Shown here in pieces: positions 9,658-18,046 of a stretch of 64,000 nt of DNA. The notes under the pieces are model-generated. The model ran no database searches. It had not been told where the DNA came from and saw only the letters and a list, made by a program, of their open reading frames with translations. Origin of the DNA: an uncultured Alphaproteobacteria bacterium (lineage in GTDB: Bacteria > Pseudomonadota > Alphaproteobacteria > RF32 > CAG-239); NCBI GenBank assembly GCA_934254585.1, contig CAKQLF010000001.1, forward strand, positions 28,093 through 92,092, in the 5' to 3' direction. Each line of letters opens with the position of its first letter. Within the stretch, counting starts at the first letter, position 1. Both the position numbers and the translations under genes were made by a program.

Positions 9658-11031
9658 TTATTTGCCAATGCAAAAACTACTGAAAATTTTATCTAAAATT
9701 TCATCAACTTCAACCTGTCCGGTAATTTTGCCAATAGCGCGGCAAGCCAGACGAATATCCTCGGCAGCCAATTCAATTTCTTTATGCAAATTAAAGCGAG
9801 ATAAATTTTGCAAACATTCGCCCAACGCCTCTTTATATCGCTGACGAGTTATAAGTTGGGCAGTGCCTTTTTCATACATATCCTGAAATGTTTTATAAAT
9901 AGTTTCGGTTATAACGGAAATATTTTTACTTTCTTTGGCCGATATTAAAGCACAACCATTTTTTATTAAGTCGGCTTTTTCAGCTTCATTAATCTTATCC
10001 ATTTTGTTAGCCACAAACAAATAAGGAACTTCTATTTTATTTAAGTATTCCGAAAATATTTCCGGCGTATCCACCGCGGCGTCAAACATAAACAAACAAA
10101 AATCAGCTTCGGCAATTTTATCCTTAGCTAATTTGACACCAATTTGCTCTATTTCATCAGCAGTTTCCCGCAAACCGGCCGTATCTGAAAAAATAACCGG
10201 AAAGCCTTGGATATCGACATAAGTTTCAATCACATCACGCGTTGTACCGGCAATGTCTGAAACAATAGCCACGTTGCGTTTAACAATAGCGTTTATCAAG
10301 CTTGATTTTCCGGCGTTGGTCGGTCCGGCAATCACAACCTTAAAGCCATCACGCAAGCGTTCTTCTATTTTATTATCCTGAATATGCTTTTCTATTTCCT
10401 CAGATATTTTAAATACACCATTTTCAATTTTAAATACAGTGTCCTCAGGTATATTTTCATCAGGAAAATCAATATACGCCTCAATATATGACAGTATCGA
10501 CACCAAACGCGAACGCCAATCATTATACAAATTAAACAGATTTCCGCCCATTTGCTGCAAAGCAACTTTTTGCTGCAAAGAAGTTTCAGCATCAATCAAA
10601 TCAGCCAAGCCATCAGCCTCGGTCAAATCCATTTTACCATTATAAAAAGAGCGGCGTGAAAATTCTCCGGGTTCAGCCAACCGAAAATCAGGCAAAGCCG
10701 ATAAAGCGGTGAGAAAGCTTCTTATAACTGCCTTCGAACCGTGGCAGTTTATTTCAACAGTGTCTTCACCGGTAAAAGAAGCCGGAGATTTAAAAGCCAC
10801 TAACAAAGAATTATCCAATGTTTCACGTGAAACAGGATTATAAAACTTTGTTAAATACATTTTACGGCTGACAATTTTAGAAACATCTAAATCCGTCATT
10901 TGTGAAATAACGTCAAAAGCTTTTGCTCCGGAAATTCGAATTACGGCAACTCCGGACTTTCCAAAAACCGTTGACAAGGCATAAATTGTTTTGTTATCCA
11001 TTTTTATCTTTCTTCTGTTATTAAAATTCAC
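9658..11031 (-). CDS. mnmE: tRNA modification GTPase MnmE (TrmE)
   Basis: G-domain motifs GPTNAGKSSL, DTAG and NKMD, with C-terminal CIGK. Likely start is at the internal MDNKTIYA. Confidence 0.9.
   Translation of the reverse strand: MNFNNRRKIKMDNKTIYALSTVFGKSGVAVIRISGAKAFDVISQMTDLDVSKIVSRKMYLTKFYNPVSRETLDNSLLVAFKSPASFTGEDTVEINCHGSKAVIRSFLTALSALPDFRLAEPGEFSRRSFYNGKMDLTEADGLADLIDAETSLQQKVALQQMGGNLFNLYNDWRSRLVSILSYIEAYIDFPDENIPEDTVFKIENGVFKISEEIEKHIQDNKIEERLRDGFKVVIAGPTNAGKSSLINAIVKRNVAIVSDIAGTTRDVIETYVDIQGFPVIFSDTAGLRETADEIEQIGVKLAKDKIAEADFCLFMFDAAVDTPEIFSEYLNKIEVPYLFVANKMDKINEAEKADLIKNGCALISAKESKNISVITETIYKTFQDMYEKGTAQLITRQRYKEALGECLQNLSRFNLHKEIELAAEDIRLACRAIGKITGQVEVDEILDKIFSSFCIGK
10819..10834. 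promoter_or_regulatory. parS site (perfect) inside mnmE
   Basis: Read directly. Confidence 0.9.
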
Positions 11032-11153
11032 ACTTCAAAAATAAGGCCGATTTTTTCATCATAGAAGCATATTTAATCTTTTTGTGACTAACTTATCATT
11101 TTTTATAAAATACACCCCTAAAAACCCATCTGACGAAGCCGATTTTTTAAGCA

Positions 11154-13064
11154 TTAACGACCGTGATTTATTCGTTGCAGACAATTATGTTGCGAATTTG
11201 CTGAATTATTCGGTTGCCTAACATTTAAGCATTTTTGCAAATCAGCTGCCGGAATATCTTTCATATTTTTCAACAACGTGAAATCTGTCGGTAAATTTCC
11301 TTTCATTTGACGCTTGTTCACAACACAAGCAACATAAAGTTTTAAGGCTTGTTCTTTAGTTAGGGTATCCTTAAAAATTATCGGCTTGTTTTTATTACTC
11401 GGTTCCTGTAATAATTTTATATACGCATTATATTCAGCATCTTTATTTAAGTTCACCTTGTTTTTTGCCTTATAAGATATTATGCTTTCATTTACGGCAA
11501 ATGTGTATTCGTTTTCTGTGCTTGCTAATTCTTTATATCCATCAATTTTCTGCCAATATTCTCTTAAATCTTTACTCCATTTGACAGGCTGAGGAGTCAC
11601 TATTGGCCGCGGCTGAACAAAATCGTCCGGCAAAGAGGAAATTTCCAAACCGTTTATTTGATTAATAAAACGCGGATTGTGAAGATTATCTCGCATTAAT
11701 CTTTTCGCTTCCGGCACTAACTCCGGATTAATTATTCCCCTGCTCTTATCACGATTATATTCCGTCAAACGGCGAGACAATTTTTGTTGAGACGGAATAA
11801 TTATATTTTGCCTTGCATCTGCGTCTATTTTAACCTCTTGTTCGGGACGAATCAGACTTGCTAAATTCTTTTCTTCGTAAGCTCCGGTTTGCGGATTATA
11901 TAACTTATAATGATATAAAAGCGAACGGCGAAGAAAAAATTCTTTTCTGTCATCATCACTTGGAACCGTAAGTGGAACTTTTTCCATTCGAATTAGTAAA
12001 TTATCTTTGAACTGTTGAGAATCATAGTCTTTATGATGATTTCTCTCGAATGATTTAAATGCCACATCCAGTAAAACCGGCAAATTTTGCACATATTGCA
12101 AACGCTGTCCGCGCGGCAAACCACTAACCGTCCGCACAAGCTCCTTAGCCTCGATATCAAACATCGTGAAATCATCAAGATTGCCGTTTTTCATATAGAC
12201 ATTTACCGCATTGATAATTTGCGAAAGATAGGCACTGCGTTCGTCCTCCACCTCCAGACGATAATAATCTTCAACCGACATCCTTTTTTCGGTGTCTTTC
12301 AGACTTAATCCCGCCATAAGAGCGTTATTCTTAATGTGTGTAAGCTCGTGCTTCAAAATCAATAGACGATGATTAACTGTGTTATATTCGTTTGCATAAA
12401 TATTAAATAAACTTCTCTCACGGGAATCACGAATCGAACTTACAAACTGAAAAACACTTAACGTCGGATTATTGCGCTTATTTCTTTCCCAAGAAGCAAT
12501 CAATCGCTGCATCGTAATATATTCTGCCGGCGGCAAAGTAAAATGATTTCGCACTAAAATAATTTTACGTTTATCCGTATTGACTGAAGCACGGCGTTTT
12601 GAAAAGTCTCGTATATCATATTCTTGACTAACATTGTCAAAATAAACATCATATAAATTATCTTCAGGCTCTATCTGAAAACCAAGATTTTTGATTAGTG
12701 GTGAAATTTCCATATCATCAATATGATTATCAAAGTGCAAAGTACAAGGTTTAGAGCGTATGTGTGCCGGAATATTATCGGTTGATACCTGATTTTCATA
12801 GTTATACTGTTGCTTGCGCAAATCCATACGGAATATTTCTTTATTTATAAAATTAGTATTATCAACGTCAAAGGAATCATACATTTCTTGTCCGGAATGT
12901 TGGTAGCGGACAAACAAATTAAAAAATTCAGATTGCGTGCGCTGTTCGCAAAATTGTTTATAGGCCAAAACCTTACGTCGCTTTTCAGCATCATTATTAT
13001 AGTCCAAGTTGAAAACGATAATACTATTATCTGCCGTATGCAGCAACAATTTTTCTTTGGTCAT
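11154..13064 (-). CDS. hypothetical protein with HExxH zinc-metallopeptidase-like motif (effector-like)
   Basis: 636 aa, no signal peptide. Motif LILKHELTHIKN with downstream acidic residues (SVEDYYRLEVEDE). No other recognisable domain. Inserted between mnmE and typA. Confidence 0.55.
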   Translation of the reverse strand: MTKEKLLLHTADNSIIVFNLDYNNDAEKRRKVLAYKQFCEQRTQSEFFNLFVRYQHSGQEMYDSFDVDNTNFINKEIFRMDLRKQQYNYENQVSTDNIPAHIRSKPCTLHFDNHIDDMEISPLIKNLGFQIEPEDNLYDVYFDNVSQEYDIRDFSKRRASVNTDKRKIILVRNHFTLPPAEYITMQRLIASWERNKRNNPTLSVFQFVSSIRDSRERSLFNIYANEYNTVNHRLLILKHELTHIKNNALMAGLSLKDTEKRMSVEDYYRLEVEDERSAYLSQIINAVNVYMKNGNLDDFTMFDIEAKELVRTVSGLPRGQRLQYVQNLPVLLDVAFKSFERNHHKDYDSQQFKDNLLIRMEKVPLTVPSDDDRKEFFLRRSLLYHYKLYNPQTGAYEEKNLASLIRPEQEVKIDADARQNIIIPSQQKLSRRLTEYNRDKSRGIINPELVPEAKRLMRDNLHNPRFINQINGLEISSLPDDFVQPRPIVTPQPVKWSKDLREYWQKIDGYKELASTENEYTFAVNESIISYKAKNKVNLNKDAEYNAYIKLLQEPSNKNKPIIFKDTLTKEQALKLYVACVVNKRQMKGNLPTDFTLLKNMKDIPAADLQKCLNVRQPNNSANSQHNCLQRINHGR

Positions 13065-13126
13065 TTTAGTTATCCCGTTAAATTTATAAGCACATTAGCA
13101 TATTCTTGACAAAAATTCAACAGAAT

Positions 13127-13690
13127 TTATACCCGACCATTTTCACGTTTTTGAACTTGCTGATTTTGCAGCTGATATTCTTGATAATGATAATCAAGTT
13201 CATATCGCACATTGCGAAGCAAACTTTCGTCTTTTGGAGCTCTGTCAATAGCTTGCAGCAAAGAGTTTCCTCCCTTGCTGTTTAATATTGATTGCATCAT
13301 ATTGCGCTCGGTAGCGTCCAACACCATATATAGATTTATAACCAAATTATTTAAATATGTATTACCGGCTAAAGGCGGCTTATCGCCATATCTATCCGCA
13401 AGAAAATCGGCAAATTTTTGGCGTATAGCCTCCTGCTCTCGTTTTTTACCAAGTTCAATCTCATTATGTTTTACCACAGCCTTTTGCCACATTTCTATAC
13501 GATTGTTCAAGGTTAACCCCAAAGATTTGTATGATTCCATACGCTGAGCCGGATTCAAACACTCTTCACACTTTTGCGGCAAACCAAAATGATTTTGCAA
13601 TGATTTTCTAAACAGCTCGCAAAATGTGTTCTTAGCCTTCAAAAAAGGGCAATATTCCGGACATAATTTATGATTTTCTTGCTCTGACAT
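13127..13690 (-). CDS. hypothetical Cys-rich protein
   Basis: The track ORF starts at a TTG (13720). The better start is ATG 13690 with SD gggaga 6 nt upstream. N-terminus carries CPEYCP...C...CEEC, a zinc-finger-like arrangement. It sits upstream of the HExxH gene on the same strand. Confidence 0.5.
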   Translation of the reverse strand: MSEQENHKLCPEYCPFLKAKNTFCELFRKSLQNHFGLPQKCEECLNPAQRMESYKSLGLTLNNRIEMWQKAVVKHNEIELGKKREQEAIRQKFADFLADRYGDKPPLAGNTYLNNLVINLYMVLDATERNMMQSILNSKGGNSLLQAIDRAPKDESLLRNVRYELDYHYQEYQLQNQQVQKRENGRV

Positions 13691-13742
13691 ATCATTCTCC
13701 CTATTTTCAGGGTAACGCAAAAATGCTTAATTTTCAATAAAT

Positions 13743-13768
13743 AAAAGCACCTTTCGGTGCTTTTTTAA
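13743..13768. terminator. terminator after typA (bidirectional)
   Basis: agcacc-tttc-ggtgct flanked by A and T runs. Confidence 0.75.
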
Positions 13769-13769
13769 T

Positions 13770-15620
13770 TTATTCCATAGCTTCCGGTTTAGCTCGCTTA
13801 CGGGCAATAGGATCCAAAATTCGTTTTCTTAAACGCAATGATTTCGGAGTAACCTCCAAAAGCTCGTCAGCCTGAATATAAGCCAAAGCCTGTTCCAAAC
13901 TCAATTTACGAGGCGGAATCAAATCTATGGCTTCATCTTTGCCGGCGGCGCGGATATTGGTCAATTGCTTAGATTTTGTCGGGTTAACTTCAATATCGTT
14001 ATATTTTGTATGTTCACCGATAATCATACCAACATACACCGGACTATTGTGCTCAACAAACATCGGGCCGCGGTCTTGCAGTTTCCACAAAGAATAAGCA
14101 ATTGCCTGACCGTTTTCGCTGGAAATCATCACCCCGTTGCGACGATCTTCAATTTCACCCTTATACGGCTCAAAAGCATAGAAAATACGGTTCATAACAC
14201 CGGTTCCGCGTGTATCTGTCAAAAATTCCGAATGATAACCAATCAAACCGCGGGAAGGAGCGTGGAAAATCAAACGCACTTTATTACCGACTTGAGACGG
14301 AATCATTTCTACCAATTCCGCACGGCGTTTGCTTAATTTTTCTACCACCGCGCCAGAAAATTCTTCATCTACGTCAACCACAACTTCTTCAACCGGCTCT
14401 AAAAGCTGACCATTTTCATCGCGTTTCATAATAACGCGCGGACGGGAAATTGAAAGTTCAAAGCCTTCGCGACGCATAGTTTCAATCAAAACACCAAGCT
14501 GCAACTCACCGCGACCGGCCACTTCAAAAGTGTCTGAATTATCGGTGCGAGAAATTTTAAGCGCGATATTACCTTCGGCTTCTTTTTCCAAACGTGCCCA
14601 AATCACACGGGATGTAACTTTATCACCTTCCTTGCCGGCCAAAGGCGAATCATTCACAGAAAAAGTCATTGCCAATGTCGGCGGGTCAATCGGCTGAGCT
14701 TTGATAAAATCTTTAACATCAACGTCTAAAGCGCAAATAGTGTCGGCAACCGTGCCTTTAACAATTCCGGCAACAGCAACAATATCTCCGGCGTGAGCCG
14801 AATCCAAAGCCACTCTTTCCAATCCTTTATAGGCCATAATTTTAGTAATTTTAGCCCGCTCTACTTCGCCACGCTCGTTAATAACTTTTACCGCATCGTT
14901 AACCTTAACGCTGCCGCTCTGAATCTTACCGGTCAAAATACGACCGACAAACTTATCAGATTCCAAAGTTGTCGCCAACATTCTAAATGGTTTATCAGGC
15001 TCGCAAACCGGCTCGCTGACATAAGACACAATGGTTTCAAACAGCGGCGTTAAATCTTTATGTTCATCACTAAGCTCGCGAACAGCCCAACCATTGCGGC
15101 CTGAAGCGTATAAAATAGGAAAATCCAATTGTTCATCACTTGCATTCAAGCTGACAAACAAGTCAAAGATTTCATTCAAAACTTCATCAGGGCGAGCGTC
15201 CGGCTTATCGGCTTTATTAATAACAACTATCGGTTTTAAGCCGATTTTTAAAGCTTTTCCCAACACAAATTTCGTTTGCGGCATCGGACCTTCAGAGGAG
15301 TCAACCAACAAAACAACGCCATCAACCATTGACAAAATACGTTCAACTTCACCACCGAAGTCAGCGTGTCCCGGAGTATCTACAATGTTTATATGAGTAC
15401 CGTGCCAGTCAACCGAGGTGCATTTTGAAAGAATTGTAATACCTCTCTCTCTTTCCAATGCGTTGCTATCCATAACACAATCAGCCACTTTTTGATTATC
15501 ACGGAATGTACCGCTTTGCCGCAACAAACCATCAACCAAAGTTGTTTTACCGTGGTCAACGTGGGCAATTATGGCAATATTTCTCATACTCATAAATTTA
15601 TCCTTTTTTAAAATCTCCAC
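13770..15620 (-). CDS. typA: translational GTPase TypA/BipA
   Basis: AHVDHGKTTL, DTPGHADF and NKADK G-motifs, with an EF-G-like C-terminal domain. About 600 aa. Confidence 0.9.
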   Translation of the reverse strand: MEILKKDKFMSMRNIAIIAHVDHGKTTLVDGLLRQSGTFRDNQKVADCVMDSNALERERGITILSKCTSVDWHGTHINIVDTPGHADFGGEVERILSMVDGVVLLVDSSEGPMPQTKFVLGKALKIGLKPIVVINKADKPDARPDEVLNEIFDLFVSLNASDEQLDFPILYASGRNGWAVRELSDEHKDLTPLFETIVSYVSEPVCEPDKPFRMLATTLESDKFVGRILTGKIQSGSVKVNDAVKVINERGEVERAKITKIMAYKGLERVALDSAHAGDIVAVAGIVKGTVADTICALDVDVKDFIKAQPIDPPTLAMTFSVNDSPLAGKEGDKVTSRVIWARLEKEAEGNIALKISRTDNSDTFEVAGRGELQLGVLIETMRREGFELSISRPRVIMKRDENGQLLEPVEEVVVDVDEEFSGAVVEKLSKRRAELVEMIPSQVGNKVRLIFHAPSRGLIGYHSEFLTDTRGTGVMNRIFYAFEPYKGEIEDRRNGVMISSENGQAIAYSLWKLQDRGPMFVEHNSPVYVGMIIGEHTKYNDIEVNPTKSKQLTNIRAAGKDEAIDLIPPRKLSLEQALAYIQADELLEVTPKSLRLRKRILDPIARKRAKPEAME

Positions 15621-15719
15621 AAAAAAGCTACGCGGAAAACCATTCCACGCGCAAAATTTGCCTTACCATAACGCATTTTTTTTAAATTTCAAGAGTTTTT
15701 ACGCTTTAATTTTAAGCAT

Positions 15720-17087
15720 TTAACGATAAAAAATTCTCTCAATATTTTTAATATCCACCGGAGAAACATAAATAATTAATATATCTTCTGCACAAAGCCT
15801 GTATTTTTTAGGATTATATAAATATTCGCCGTTGTGCTCCACCGCCATAACCGCGCTGTTATCAGAAATTTGCAAATCTTCAATATCGCGGTCAATATTG
15901 CTGCTGTCTTCTCCCAAGCGAATTTCCCAAATTTCCCCCATTTCTCGCCCAAGCGCGTAAGCCTCATTAATTCGAGCCCGCCGCAAATATTGCAAAATAC
16001 CGGAAACCGTGATTACCGAACGATCAATCAAAGTATTGTTACGAATATTGTTTGCCAACAGATTATATTCACGCGAATTTATCAATGAAACCGCCTGTGT
16101 ATCTTTGTTTTTTGATGCTAACAACGAAAGTAACAAATTATCCTTATCTTTTTCCGTCACGGCTATGCTGATATCCGACTGCGAGAAACCGACATCTTCC
16201 AATATCTTGTCACTCATCATTTCCCCGACAATTACCGACGCTTTGTTTAATTTTTCCGCTAATTTTCGAGCCTTTTTCACATCATTTTCCACAATGCTGC
16301 AATTTAAAATGTTTTCATCTTCTTCCAGTTGCTTAGCCAAATAATAAGAAATGGCGTTAGCTCCGAATAACACAACTTTTTCATACGGATTATGGTCAAC
16401 ACCGAACAGGCGCATAACTTCTATATTATGTTCCGGCAAACAGGCAATATAAATTAAATCATTCCGCTGTAAATAAATATCCTCATCCTTAGGTAAAATA
16501 CGATGATTTCCGCGCAAAATCATTACTACCGCCGCTGATAATTCCGCCAGTTTATTATTTATATGGCTAAGCGAAAATTTCATAAAAGGAATATCCGTAT
16601 CACGCTGCCGAAAACTAAACACATTTAATTTACCTGAAAAAAACGGATAAACAGCCGTGCTTCCCGGGAGCTTAAACAGTCCTTGCAAAACTTCGGCAAT
16701 TTCAATATCCGGTGTTATCACCAAATCAACCGGCAAACTTTTTTCATTATAAAGCTTATTCCATAACGGGTTCAAAAAATATTGCGAATCCACTCGGGCT
16801 ATTTTACGCGGAACACCGAATAAGGTATATGCCACCTGACAGGCAACCAGATTAACTTCATCATTTTCTGTAACGGCTATCAGCATATCTGCTTTTTTCA
16901 TTTCTACCGCTTCTTGAATATCCGGATTGGAAATTGAGCCTAAAACCGGTTGAATATCATATTCTCTGGCTATTTCATCAAGTTTTTCCGCATCTTCCGC
17001 CACCACAACAATATCGTTATTGCCTAAACTCAGATAACCAACCAAACTTTTTCCGACACTTGAAGCTCCGCCAATCACTATTTTCAT
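15720..17087 (-). CDS. trkA: potassium uptake protein TrkA
   Basis: Two Rossmann NAD-binding domains (GGASSVGKSL, FGANAISYYLA), 455 aa. Confidence 0.8.
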   Translation of the reverse strand: MKIVIGGASSVGKSLVGYLSLGNNDIVVVAEDAEKLDEIAREYDIQPVLGSISNPDIQEAVEMKKADMLIAVTENDEVNLVACQVAYTLFGVPRKIARVDSQYFLNPLWNKLYNEKSLPVDLVITPDIEIAEVLQGLFKLPGSTAVYPFFSGKLNVFSFRQRDTDIPFMKFSLSHINNKLAELSAAVVMILRGNHRILPKDEDIYLQRNDLIYIACLPEHNIEVMRLFGVDHNPYEKVVLFGANAISYYLAKQLEEDENILNCSIVENDVKKARKLAEKLNKASVIVGEMMSDKILEDVGFSQSDISIAVTEKDKDNLLLSLLASKNKDTQAVSLINSREYNLLANNIRNNTLIDRSVITVSGILQYLRRARINEAYALGREMGEIWEIRLGEDSSNIDRDIEDLQISDNSAVMAVEHNGEYLYNPKKYRLCAEDILIIYVSPVDIKNIERIFYR

Positions 17088-18046
17088 TATTCTAACCTCG
17101 AAAAATAATCATCTACTAATTTTAACGCAACGGACAACTCATTTAACTTTGTATATTGCTCACGAAACTTTTTGGCCTCGTATAAACTTTTGACATACCA
17201 ACCAATGTGTTTACGAGATATGGCCAATCCGCCTTTTTCACCATAATATTCAACAAGTAAATGCAAATGTTTAAGCAAAATTTGCTTAATTTCGGACACA
17301 GTCGGCACAGAAGAAAGTTTATTATGACGCAAATATTCATCTGTTTGGGCTAAAAGCCACGGATTTCCCAAAACCGCACGGCCAATCATCACTCCGTCAA
17401 CTCCGCTTTCTTCCATTCTTTGCTTAGCTTTTTGAGGAGAGTCAATGTCACCATTGCCGATTACAGGTATTTTTACGTTTTCTTTTACGACTTTTATGAT
17501 ATTCCAATCCGCTTCTCCGCTATATCCTTGAGAACGAGTTCTGCCGTGCACGGTGATATATGAAGCTCCGCTTTCTTCACACATTTTAGCAAACTCCACA
17601 GCGTTAACGTGTTCATTATCCCAACCTTTGCGAAATTTTACACTAACGCTGAGCGGCGTGGCTTTTGCCACTGTTTCAATAATTTTGGCAGCACGAGGCA
17701 AATCTTTCATCAACGCAGAACCGGCCTCATTGTTTACAATTTTTTTTACCGGACAGCCCATATTTATATCTAAAGAACGCGCTCCTAAATCCGCCACCAA
17801 TTTTGCCGCCTCGGCAAACAATTCGGCATCATTTCCCACCAATTGCACCACAACCGGATAGTTTTCTGACCGCACATCAGCAATTTGCCAACTCTTGGGG
17901 TTTTTACGTTGCAACGCATTTATGGCTGCCATTTCCGCATACATATTACCTTTTCCGCACGCGGCTAAAATTTCCCTAAACGGCCTGTCGGTAACTCCGG
18001 CCATCGGAGCCAAAAAAACTTGACTGTCAAACCCGCAAAATGACAT
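17087..18046 (-). CDS. dusB: tRNA-dihydrouridine synthase DusB (NifR3 family)
   Basis: LAPMAGVTDRPFR and DINMGCP TIM-barrel Dus signature. 319 aa. Confidence 0.85.
   Translation of the reverse strand: MSFCGFDSQVFLAPMAGVTDRPFREILAACGKGNMYAEMAAINALQRKNPKSWQIADVRSENYPVVVQLVGNDAELFAEAAKLVADLGARSLDINMGCPVKKIVNNEAGSALMKDLPRAAKIIETVAKATPLSVSVKFRKGWDNEHVNAVEFAKMCEESGASYITVHGRTRSQGYSGEADWNIIKVVKENVKIPVIGNGDIDSPQKAKQRMEESGVDGVMIGRAVLGNPWLLAQTDEYLRHNKLSSVPTVSEIKQILLKHLHLLVEYYGEKGGLAISRKHIGWYVKSLYEAKKFREQYTKLNELSVALKLVDDYFSRLE

Noticed and set aside
13718-13720. TTG start of ORF 13127..13720
   Set aside because: There is an in-frame ATG at 13690 with a canonical SD (gggaga) 6 nt upstream. The TTG-extended N-terminus (MRYPENREND) is unsupported.
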